The notes beneath the pieces were generated by a model. The model made no database searches. It saw only the letters and a list, made by a program, of their open reading frames with translations, and was not told where the DNA came from. This document shows positions 1 through 6,878 of a DNA stretch of 64,000 nucleotides, piece by piece. This DNA comes from a virus. The translations under genes and the position numbers were made by a program. Each line of letters starts with the position of its first letter. Positions within the stretch are counted from its first letter, which is position 1. The stretch lies in the IMG/VR virus record IMGVR_UViG_3300034069_000930, positions 1 to 64,000 of that record. One strand, 5' to 3'.

Positions 1-621
1 CTCGACATCAATAAACAAATCTTCCAGCAGCGATTGTGTCTCGCGTGAGATGTCGGGCTTTCCGAGATACTCAGAGATCAATGCCTCGACCTTGGACAAG
101 TAGCATTCTGGATCGCTTGGAGCCGTGGCGGGCCGCAACAGCTCATCTGGCAATGTTCTACCACCATCTGGATCCATGATACCCATCCTGCTGCATGCCG
201 CGCGGGCAGCGACCGTCAGGGCACCGCCCTTGGTAAGCGCCTCGTACATCTGTCGAGCTATCCGCATGTCGACGTCGCCTGCGGTCGCATTCACCATTCG
301 TTCAAGTGTGGCTGTTGTCGGCTCACGAGTAATTACGACGCTCCACTCTGGTATAGCGGGTCGCCAAAAATCGTCCAGCAATTTTGTCCCGCCGTCCGGG
401 TCCATGACACCAAGCCGAATACATGCACTGTAGGAGGCGACCATGGCTTTGAACTCAGCCATCGCGGCGTCGTTGATCTCGACCAACGACGAGAAGCTAT
501 GCTCATCAGACAGCATATGATGGCCGTGCACGTTGGTCTCGATGTAGAGGTCGCCAGGAAGGTTGAGCCGGCAAGCCCCTTCTTCCTCGACAAACTGACA
601 CGTATCCCACGTCTTGCGCAT
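1..621 (-). CDS. hypothetical protein (C-terminal part lies beyond window start)
   Basis: Not in the ORF track because it is open at the window edge. Manual translation from ATG 619-621 (MRKTWDTCQFVEEEGACRLNLPGDLYIETNVHGHH...) has no stop down to nt 1. GGAG lies ~8 nt upstream. Contains two G(V/I)MDPDGG repeats. Confidence 0.5.
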   Translation of the reverse strand, partial: MRKTWDTCQFVEEEGACRLNLPGDLYIETNVHGHHMLSDEHSFSSLVEINDAAMAEFKAMVASYSACIRLGVMDPDGGTKLLDDFWRPAIPEWSVVITREPTTATLERMVNATAGDVDMRIARQMYEALTKGGALTVAARAACSRMGIMDPDGGRTLPDELLRPATAPSDPECYLSKVEALISEYLGKPDISRETQSLLEDLFIDVE

Positions 622-637
622 AACCCTTGCTCCTTCT

Positions 638-667
638 ATGTCATCATGACACTATGACATGATGGCA
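638..667. promoter_or_regulatory. operator-like 30-mer A (TGTCAT/ATGACA hexamers)
   Basis: ATGTCATCATGACACTATGACATGATGGCA lies between divergent starts 621 and 687. It is 27/30 identical to the reverse complement of 1641-1670, with the same 19-nt spacing to the RHH start codon. Confidence 0.55.
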
Positions 668-686
668 AATTGCACAAGGGGGTGAT

Positions 687-899
687 ATGGAAACCGCGAC
701 TCAGGCGGCCGGGCGAGAGATGGAGCGACTGGACGAGACCAGCCCGACCGGACGGGTGAACGTGCCGGCACCCGAGGCGTGGATTGAGCGACTCGACGTG
801 TGGCGCGTCGCTCAACGGCCGATCGCGTCCAGGGCAGAAGCCGTCCGCAAGCTCGTCAGCGAGGCGCTGGACGCACGCGAGAGGGCGCCCCAGAAGTGA
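687..899 (+). CDS. ribbon-helix-helix (CopG/Arc/MetJ-like) DNA-binding protein, paralogue A
   Basis: 70 aa. GRVNVPAPEAWIERLDVWRV..SRAEAVRKLVSEAL fits the strand-helix-helix pattern. AGGGGG SD. 48/70 residues identical to the 1406-1621 product. Confidence 0.7.
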   Translation: METATQAAGREMERLDETSPTGRVNVPAPEAWIERLDVWRVAQRPIASRAEAVRKLVSEALDARERAPQK

Positions 900-1259
900 G
901 ACACGTCTCCCTCGGCCCTGTTCCGGACTTCGCCGGTCTCTCGGGCTGGAAGACGACGGGGTATGCCGAGAGGGACGAAGACGGCCGTCGCATCGTCTGC
1001 ATCGAGGCCGAGGCGGCTGAGACGCCGGTCCCGCTCGCGACCCGGAATACGTCATTATTGACTTTGACATCATCCCGTCGTCGCCGAGCGGGTCGCTGGC
1101 TTCCCAGATTGCGATGCGCGTCTCGGGCTTCCTTCGAGACATGCGCGAGGTCGGCGTTAAGCCGGCCGCCCTTCGAGCGGGCGTCCTCGCCCGCCTTCAT
1201 GAATCACCAGATTTCCGTCTCAAACGCGGCGTGAGCTAGAGACCGAAATCACCGTCTTT

Positions 1260-1409
1260 TTACGGAAGGCCGTGGGTCTCGATGAGGGCGGCGAGGGCGT
1301 AGCGGCCGGAACGGTCGCAGTCCCGGCACTTGACCCCGATGCGCTCCCGGCCGGTCGCGGCGGGTTCGGAGAGGAACAGGCCGCTGAATTTATAGCCTGG
1401 GGGTCTCAT
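1260..1409 (-). CDS. small CxxC protein, possibly truncated
   Basis: 49 aa: MRPPGYKFSGLFLSEPAATGRERIGVKCRDCDRSGRYALAALIETHGLP. ATGA overlap with the stop of RHH-B. Track ORF 1260-1508 is an over-extension. Confidence 0.4.
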   Translation of the reverse strand: MRPPGYKFSGLFLSEPAATGRERIGVKCRDCDRSGRYALAALIETHGLP

Positions 1410-1621
1410 TCTTTTCCCTGCGCCTTTTCGCGAACATCCAGCGCCTCTGTCACGAGCTGCCGCACCGCCTCGGCTTTCGTCAGCACCGGCCGCTGTTGAG
1501 CTCGCCATTCGTCAAGCCGCTCAATCCAAGCCTTCGGCGCGGGCACGTTGACCCGTCCTGTCGGGCTCGTCTGATCCAGCTTCTCCATCGCTCGCCCGGT
1601 CGTGATCGTCGCGTCGCCCAT
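1406..1621 (-). CDS. ribbon-helix-helix DNA-binding protein, paralogue B
   Basis: 71 aa. GRVNVPAPKAWIERLDEWRA..TKAEAVRQLVTEAL. AGGGG SD. Convergent with paralogue A. Confidence 0.7.
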   Translation of the reverse strand: MGDATITTGRAMEKLDQTSPTGRVNVPAPKAWIERLDEWRAQQRPVLTKAEAVRQLVTEALDVREKAQGKE

Positions 1622-1640
1622 AGCAGCCCCTTGCGTCAGA

Positions 1641-1670
1641 TGCCATCATGACATAGTGTCATGGTGTCAT
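1641..1670. promoter_or_regulatory. operator-like 30-mer B
   Basis: TGCCATCATGACATAGTGTCATGGTGTCAT is the inverted copy of 638-667. It lies between divergent starts 1621 (RHH-B) and 1693 (DHH gene). Confidence 0.55.
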
Positions 1671-1692
1671 AATCGACCAGAGCGAGCAAGCG

Positions 1693-2613
1693 ATGTCCCC
1701 TGATATCTGCATCTACCATTCGCCCTGTGCGGATGGCTTCACCGCGGCGTGGGCTGTGTGGCGCCGCTTCGGCGATGCTGTGCAGTACCTCCCCGGTGTC
1801 TATGGCCAGGAGCCACCAGACGTGACCGGCAAGCACGTCCTGATGGTGGATTTCAGTTACAAGCGTCCCGTGCTGGAGCGCATGGCCGGGCAAGCCGCGT
1901 CCATCATCATCCTGGATCACCACAAGACGGCTGAAGCCGACCTCGCGGCGATCAAGGTCACGAAATGTGGCTCGGCTCGGCTCGCGTGGGAGGATGTCCC
2001 CGGCATGTTGGAGGACTTTCGAGACCTCCGTCTTTCGCCACTGATGGCGGAGTTCGACATGGAGCGGTCCGGCGCCCAGATGGCGTGGGACTTCCTCTTC
2101 CACACTGCCGAGGGCCGTCCCGCTATCGTCGACTACGTCGCCGACCGCGATCTGTGGCAGTTCAACCTGCCTCACTCTCGCGAGGTCGCCGCCGTCGTGT
2201 TCTCGCACCCATACACGTTCGCAGCCTGGGATGATCTCTGCAACGCTATCGGCTCTGACCAGGGCATGCGCGGTGTGGTCGAGCAAGGCGCCGCCATTGA
2301 GCGAAAACACCACAAGGACATCGCCGAGCTGCTCGGGCAGGCGCGCCGCGAGATGATCATTGGCGGCGTCCGCGTACCGGTGGCGAACCTGCCCTACACG
2401 ATGGCGTCGGATGGCGCCGGGCAGATGGCCGAGGGACAACCCTTCGCTGCCACCTACTTTGATCGCCCTGACGCGCGAGTGTTCAGCCTGCGGTCTCGCG
2501 GGGACGGTGGCGCCGACGTGAGCGAGGTCGCCAAGGGATACGGGGGTGGCGGCCACAAGAACGCGGCTGGGTTCCAGATGCCGCTAGGGTGGGAGGGCGA
2601 CGATGGGCGCTAA
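1693..2613 (+). CDS. DHH/DHHA1 family phosphoesterase
   Basis: 306 aa. Motifs read directly: HSPCADGFTAA (I), MVDFS (II), ILDHHKT (III, DHH), ADRDLW (IV), GYGGGGHKNAAGF (DHHA1 GGGH). Confidence 0.85.
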   Translation: MSPDICIYHSPCADGFTAAWAVWRRFGDAVQYLPGVYGQEPPDVTGKHVLMVDFSYKRPVLERMAGQAASIIILDHHKTAEADLAAIKVTKCGSARLAWEDVPGMLEDFRDLRLSPLMAEFDMERSGAQMAWDFLFHTAEGRPAIVDYVADRDLWQFNLPHSREVAAVVFSHPYTFAAWDDLCNAIGSDQGMRGVVEQGAAIERKHHKDIAELLGQARREMIIGGVRVPVANLPYTMASDGAGQMAEGQPFAATYFDRPDARVFSLRSRGDGGADVSEVAKGYGGGGHKNAAGFQMPLGWEGDDGR

Positions 2614-2890
2614 CAGCCTCCCGCGCATCTTCGACACCTTCGGTGCGGAGCGCGACCTAGCTGCTGCCAACCAAGCCGCAGAGCGCAATGCAATGCTGCG
2701 CCAGCAAGCGACTGATGCCGAAGCGACGCGCTACCTCGCTGAGATGACTTGCCCAGCCGACGTGGTCGAATTCGGTCGCCGGCACGCGATCCCGAGCTTC
2801 GCCGAGTTCACGTGGCAGGCCGGTTTCATGGCAGGCTGGCGGGCGGCACAGACCCGGAAGGCGGATGGGTCAGCAGAGGATGAATCGTGA
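2603..2890 (+). CDS. hypothetical protein
   Basis: 95-aa ORF overlapping the DHH gene end by 11 nt. Non-repetitive, balanced composition. Confidence 0.55.
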   Translation: MGANSLPRIFDTFGAERDLAAANQAAERNAMLRQQATDAEATRYLAEMTCPADVVEFGRRHAIPSFAEFTWQAGFMAGWRAAQTRKADGSAEDES

Positions 2891-3093
2891 CCTCCGCCCA
2901 AACCACCATCCTCGCTCGCGCCCGCACCGCGCCGAACGGCTTCTCGACATCGTGGTGTCGGCTCGGCACCGGCCTGACGACGCCGCAAGCCTACCGCGTC
3001 TTGCAGCAGCTGGTCTCGAAGGGCTTGGTGGTTCGGGAGCAGCGCAGCCGCGGAGTTTGGCGGCCTGTCACCCCACCCGCCCCGCGTTCGTGA
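2887..3093 (+). CDS. small putative winged-helix DNA-binding protein
   Basis: 68 aa. ATGA overlap with the previous gene. TPQAYRVLQQLVSKGLVVRE looks like a recognition helix plus wing. Confidence 0.45.
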   Translation: MTSAQTTILARARTAPNGFSTSWCRLGTGLTTPQAYRVLQQLVSKGLVVREQRSRGVWRPVTPPAPRS

Positions 3094-3158
3094 CTTCGAT
3101 CACGCGATATGGCGCGCCGGTCGGTGCCGCGCAGGCGGAGAGGGTGAGGAGGAGGAAG

Positions 3159-3431
3159 ATGGCGCCGAGGGTCGGAGTGAGGGCGGGAGACACTGAGCCG
3201 AGACCGGTCAAAAGTCATCTCTTAATGCACGACGTACGTAATCATAGAATCAAGCGCGGAATTTCGCTGGAACGGCTTGCAAAGATGACCGGTTTTCACA
3301 TCCGGACCCTCATTCGTTGGGAGCAGGGTGAAATATCACCAACGCTCGACAATTTATGCACCCTCTGCGAACACCTGGAACTTCTCGTTAACATCTTTGA
3401 TATGTGGGACCCGCGTCTCGACGATGATTGA
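3159..3431 (+). CDS. XRE-family helix-turn-helix regulator
   Basis: HTH read: ISLERLAKMTGFHIRTLIRWEQGEISP. ATG 3159 follows GAGGAGGAGGAAG. An alternative ATG at 3225 begins the clearly lower-GC part of the gene. Confidence 0.7.
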   Translation: MAPRVGVRAGDTEPRPVKSHLLMHDVRNHRIKRGISLERLAKMTGFHIRTLIRWEQGEISPTLDNLCTLCEHLELLVNIFDMWDPRLDDD

Positions 3432-3601
3432 CCGCGGCCCCACCACCGGCAAGGGCGAGACCGCGGGCCATCGCGACATGGCCGCGATCGGCGGGGACAG
3501 GATGGCACGGCGGGAAGCGTCGCCGCCAGCCCTCATCGGTTGTGGGCGGCGCCGGAAATGGGCGTTCTCGGCGGTAGATGTGCTATGGTTGGCAGAGAGA
3601 T

Positions 3602-3645
3602 GGAGGGCTGACGATGGACCTCGGGAAGATGCTGGCGGAGGCGCT
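3602..3645 (+). repeat. 44-nt repeat, copy 1 (SD plus first codons of a duplicated small gene)
   Basis: GGAGGGCTGACGATGGACCTCGGGAAGATGCTGGCGGAGGCGCT matches 14370-14413 with 3 mismatches. Confidence 0.8.
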
Positions 3646-3910
3646 TGACGCCTGTCCGAACAAGGTCTCGTGGGCGGATCAGAACTACGACAAAGCGGAC
3701 CTCAACGCCGCCGCCGAAGCGTTCCTCGCCAAGGTGCGACAGACGGAGATGGGCGCCGAAACCGGCAAAGGATCTTTCTCCTCGTATGTCGATGAGATGT
3801 CTACGTGGCCGCAACGCAATGCGGGTGAGACCGATGGTGAATATCGCGCTCGCTTGATGAGCAACCCCGACCACACCGGCCCGGTGCCCTACTACGGCGA
3901 GGTAGAGTGA
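3614..3910 (+). CDS. hypothetical protein, paralogue of 14382-14612
   Basis: Track ORF 3578-3910 trimmed to MDLGKMLAEAL, with GGAGGG upstream. Shares MxLGKMLAEAL, AAEAFLAK and a GPVxYY C-terminus with the second copy. Confidence 0.6.
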   Translation: MDLGKMLAEALDACPNKVSWADQNYDKADLNAAAEAFLAKVRQTEMGAETGKGSFSSYVDEMSTWPQRNAGETDGEYRARLMSNPDHTGPVPYYGEVE

Positions 3911-3995
3911 ACCCCGTCTGATGCGCCGTCCCCACGTCTACGAACGCACCGTGCCCCGGGCTCGCGCGAAGGTTGCCCGACCATAGGAGGCCAAC

Positions 3996-4355
3996 ATGAC
4001 GATCCTATCCCGCCGTGGCTTCCTCGCCGGGCTCATCGCAGCACCAGCGATCCTCAAGCTCGGCATCCACATGCCGGTGAAGCCGGTCTTGGATGTGGTC
4101 GAGCCCGAGATCGTCGTGCCCGAGCCGATCATCCTTCCACCGCGGAACGTGACGCTGCTCGTTCCTGAGCAGTTTGGGACGATCAGGCTGGCGATGGAGG
4201 AGGCTCGGCGCATGACGTTGGATGCCAGCACAATCGCGACTCTTCAGATCGCCGAAGGGCACCAGGAAGTCCCCAATCACTATGCGGGGCGGAGCTATGT
4301 CGCCAATCCAGGCCTGAACCGGAAGGCGAGACGCCGTATGGCAGCGGCGGCATGA
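3996..4355 (+). CDS. protein with twin-arginine (Tat)-type signal peptide
   Basis: 119 aa. The N-terminus MTILSRRGFLAGLIAAPAIL fits S-R-R-x-F-L plus a hydrophobic core. AGGAGG SD. Confidence 0.65.
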   Translation: MTILSRRGFLAGLIAAPAILKLGIHMPVKPVLDVVEPEIVVPEPIILPPRNVTLLVPEQFGTIRLAMEEARRMTLDASTIATLQIAEGHQEVPNHYAGRSYVANPGLNRKARRRMAAAA

Positions 4356-4558
4356 TGGTCGTTGTCGCGACGGGAACAGATGAGCCGCCCGGCAAGCCTC
4401 GCCTGGTCGAAGTCGCCCGCTGGATCTCCCGCAGCCTGCCGAAGATGATCGACGAGGCCAGGGCAGCAGGGCTCGACCGGCTCGCCGACGCGCTAGAGGT
4501 GGCGAGGACAGAGGCGGAGACGGCGGTGGGCCGGCCGGGGATGGTGGTGGAGGGGTGA
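4352..4558 (+). CDS. hypothetical protein
   Basis: 68 aa. ATGA overlap with the previous gene. Confidence 0.5.
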   Translation: MMVVVATGTDEPPGKPRLVEVARWISRSLPKMIDEARAAGLDRLADALEVARTEAETAVGRPGMVVEG

Positions 4559-4559
4559 C

Positions 4560-4594
4560 ACGAAAACGCCCGCGCTGGGGTCGCCAGGCGGGCG
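4560..4594 (-). terminator. intrinsic terminator of the leftward operon
   Basis: Stem CGCCCGC/GCGGGCG (4567-4573 / 4588-4594). On the minus strand it is followed by TTTTCG (plus GAAAA at 4562-4566). Lies between convergent gene ends 4558 and 4603. Confidence 0.6.
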
Positions 4595-4602
4595 TGAGGG
4601 CA

Positions 4603-5556
4603 TCACCGCTTTGTCGGGTCGTATGGACCCAGCGCGTCGCGGTCTTCATCATCCAGCGCCCTCGGGATGAGGCGCCGAAGTGCCGCTCGCCGTGATTTGT
4701 CGCTGTTCGCTCGTCGCGACTGCTCCAATCGCTCCGCGTCTCGTTCCGACAGGGTCGTGTCGACGCGGGTAGGGTAGCGCTCCGCGATAGGCGCGTCAGC
4801 CGCTTCGGGCGGAGCTTTTTCAAGGTCTGCGAGACCCTGGCGGACGTCGTCGAGTGTGTCGGCATCGCTCCGCAGCCCCGGCGCGGATGGCTTCGGCCCC
4901 GCCACGGCGCTGTCGGCCGGCGTCGGCGCGGTGTCGTGCTTGGCAAAGAGCGAGCCGGCCGATGCGGGAAACACGATCGTCGGCAGGCGGACTGGAACGC
5001 TGTAGAGCCCCGTGATGGACTGATAGTAGACCACAAGGCGGATCTGCACGGGCTGGTTCGGCTGGATCGACGGCGCGAGCTTCAGGCAGCGCCTCCGATA
5101 AAACGGTCCAGGAGGCGTCACGGTTTCGGACGTCAGCGGCTCCTTGGTCGCCTCGTCGAACAGCTCCGGCGTGGGCTGATGCGCCATCTTCGACGTCTTG
5201 GCGGAAATGAAATCGATATCGACGTCGACATCGAGCAATTCCGCCGGCCGGGCCTTCTCCCCTTCCGACGTCCAGCACAGGTTTTGCCCCTCGCGGGAGA
5301 CGCTTCGCGTCGGAGTCGACGTCCACAGGAAGACGCGCGTGTCGGCGATGCGATACCCGCCGAACGTCCGGCCGAAGGCCTGAACCTCGGGGAGGTAAAG
5401 CCCAGGAAACAGCGGCTCCACACGGGGCACGATGTAGAACGCGGCGCCGAACAGCAGGGTCAGGCCGACCGCCGCCGCGCCACCGATCAAGCCGCCGCCC
5501 GCCCCCGATCGCCAGTTCGCGACCAATTCGTCTTCTTCCTCGGGGCCGCCATTCAT
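4603..5556 (-). CDS. membrane-anchored protein with C-terminal RHH-like motif
   Basis: 317 aa. Acidic N-terminus and one TM (GLIGGAAAVGLTLLFGAAFYIV). C-terminal TRVDTTLSERDAERLEQSRRANSDKSRRAALRRLI resembles strand-helix-helix. ATGA-coupled to the upstream gene. Confidence 0.6.
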   Translation of the reverse strand: MNGGPEEEDELVANWRSGAGGGLIGGAAAVGLTLLFGAAFYIVPRVEPLFPGLYLPEVQAFGRTFGGYRIADTRVFLWTSTPTRSVSREGQNLCWTSEGEKARPAELLDVDVDIDFISAKTSKMAHQPTPELFDEATKEPLTSETVTPPGPFYRRRCLKLAPSIQPNQPVQIRLVVYYQSITGLYSVPVRLPTIVFPASAGSLFAKHDTAPTPADSAVAGPKPSAPGLRSDADTLDDVRQGLADLEKAPPEAADAPIAERYPTRVDTTLSERDAERLEQSRRANSDKSRRAALRRLIPRALDDEDRDALGPYDPTKR

Positions 5557-6104
5557 CGCGACATCCTCGGCTCAATGCTGTAGGGGGTGACGCAGGGATA
5601 GATGCAGGGATCGATGGGCGGCTTATCCAAATAGGCGATGAGCCCCAGAGCGCACCCGAGGATGACCAGCCAACCGATCACCCTTCGGAAGCCGTCCCAG
5701 CTCACATCGGGGCTGTAGTTTCCGGCGGTGAGCAGGAACCCGAACGCGCTGATGTCGTAGATCCAGCGAAACAGGATCCGGACACCGCCGTCGTTGATAG
5801 ATGCGATATGGCCGGACGCCCTCCAATGGATGGCGAGAATGGACGACATCATCAGGGCCACCATCATGCCCTGCCAGGATGCGGTGTGAATGTGCGACGT
5901 CCTGATCCGTTCCGTGTTGAGAACGACGACGGTTCGCCTCCAGTTCAGGACGAACGAGCCGACCGCGAGCGTGAAGGCGCCGATATCGAGCGCGTTTTGC
6001 CAGAGCGCAAGGAGAGGGCTGTGGGCCATGTAGTACGTCGGACCAGCAATTGCCGCAAACGTCACGAGGATGCGGCGACCAGCGCGCAGCAGATTATTAC
6101 TCAC
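5553..6104 (-). CDS. polytopic membrane protein (about 5 TM)
   Basis: 183 aa with five hydrophobic stretches, e.g. ALDIGAFTLAVGSFVLNW and VIGWLVILGCALGLIAYL. 8-nt overlap with the upstream gene. Confidence 0.65.
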   Translation of the reverse strand: MSNNLLRAGRRILVTFAAIAGPTYYMAHSPLLALWQNALDIGAFTLAVGSFVLNWRRTVVVLNTERIRTSHIHTASWQGMMVALMMSSILAIHWRASGHIASINDGGVRILFRWIYDISAFGFLLTAGNYSPDVSWDGFRRVIGWLVILGCALGLIAYLDKPPIDPCIYPCVTPYSIEPRMSR

Positions 6105-6399
6105 GCTCGTCCATCCCTTCTATGAGCCTGTCGACCCCATCTTCAGCTTCGGCCCGCTTGTCGGATCGGACCATTTGGGCCATGTCGGCCGCCAATCTAC
6201 GTGCTTCGGCGATCTTTTCCTCAAGCTCCTCTGACCGTCCGTCCCTCTGCATCATGCGCCGACTTTGCCGTGCGGCTCTTTCGACATTGCCTATCTCAAT
6301 CTGGGCGACATTGATAAGCCTATGAACATTGTCGTCGTGCGCCTTAGTGTCCGACAGTACGGCGGGGCGGAACAGGCTGAGGATGGCCCTGAAAATCAC
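6097..6399 (-). CDS. small charged coiled-coil protein
   Basis: 100 aa, E/R-rich helical sequence. ATGA overlap with the upstream gene. Confidence 0.55.
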   Translation of the reverse strand: MIFRAILSLFRPAVLSDTKAHDDNVHRLINVAQIEIGNVERAARQSRRMMQRDGRSEELEEKIAEARRLAADMAQMVRSDKRAEAEDGVDRLIEGMDERE

Positions 6400-6878
6400 T
6401 TCGCACCCCCCAGCTTGTCGCGGAGGAAATCATTGAGCGCGTCGACTCTCTGCCGGTTGGTTCCGACGTCTTCTTTGACGGCGCCCACAGCAGGCGGGAC
6501 CGTCTTCAGTAGGTCGAACATGGCATTGAACAGCCGGGCCAAGTCGGCCACTTGCGCGTTGTTGCCCGTGATCGCCGTGCTGATCTCGGAGCCGGAGCGC
6601 GCGATTTTCTCAATGTAGTTTGCCGTGTCGGCGAGACGCTTTTCCTGGAGATCCTTGATCAAGGCGTCTCCGTCACGGCCCTTCTTCCACAGCGCTGCGA
6701 TTACGACGCCGGAAAGCACCACATAGAGGATGAAGATCGCCCCCATGGGGCCCGTCCCGATGACGGATTTGGCAGCCTCCTCACCGACGCGAGACGCAGC
6801 TTCGATTTGCGCCAAGGCTCCGACCGGCCGCAGGACGATGATGGCCAGGGCGATGACGAGGCGGAGCATGGTCGTCAA
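6396..6878 (-). CDS. membrane protein (signal peptide or TM, second TM, helical domain)
   Basis: 160 aa. MTTMLRLVIALAIIVLRPVGALAQ, then GAIFILYVVLSGVVIAALW. ATGA overlap with the holin-like gene. Confidence 0.6.
   Translation of the reverse strand: MTTMLRLVIALAIIVLRPVGALAQIEAASRVGEEAAKSVIGTGPMGAIFILYVVLSGVVIAALWKKGRDGDALIKDLQEKRLADTANYIEKIARSGSEISTAITGNNAQVADLARLFNAMFDLLKTVPPAVGAVKEDVGTNRQRVDALNDFLRDKLGGAK

Noticed and set aside
636-1234. ORFs 636-1142 -, 856-1200 -, 784-1020 + and 800-1234 + as genes between the RHH paralogues.
   Set aside because: They overlap one another and the RHH-A gene, are Arg/Ser-rich, and none keeps high GC3 over its full length. The interval is treated as decayed or non-coding (see the finding for 898-1409).
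3068-3193. A 41-codon minus-strand ORF with a perfect-looking lipoprotein signal (VSPALTPTLGAIFLLLTLSAC, lipobox LSAC) and high GC3.
   Set aside because: It is the exact antisense of the purine-rich GAGGAGGAGGAAG SD region and the possible N-terminal extension of the XRE gene. It has no basic n-region and no SD of its own, and it would overlap the convergent gene 2887-3093 by 26 nt. It is most likely a compositional mirror artefact, and would merit a second look only if a transcript is seen.
4005-5036. Many very long ORFs antisense to, or out of frame with, real genes. Examples: 4005-5036 -, 18194-19795 -, 21934-23253 -, 39455-40984 +, 45122-47215 +, 47219-48229 +, 47329-48735 +, 51541-53067 +, 14900-15949 +, 17145-18197 -.
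   Set aside because: Their translations are dominated by Arg/Gly/Ala/Pro/His runs with no motifs. They overlap ORFs that have clear family signatures or balanced composition. These are typical shadow ORFs of high-GC DNA.
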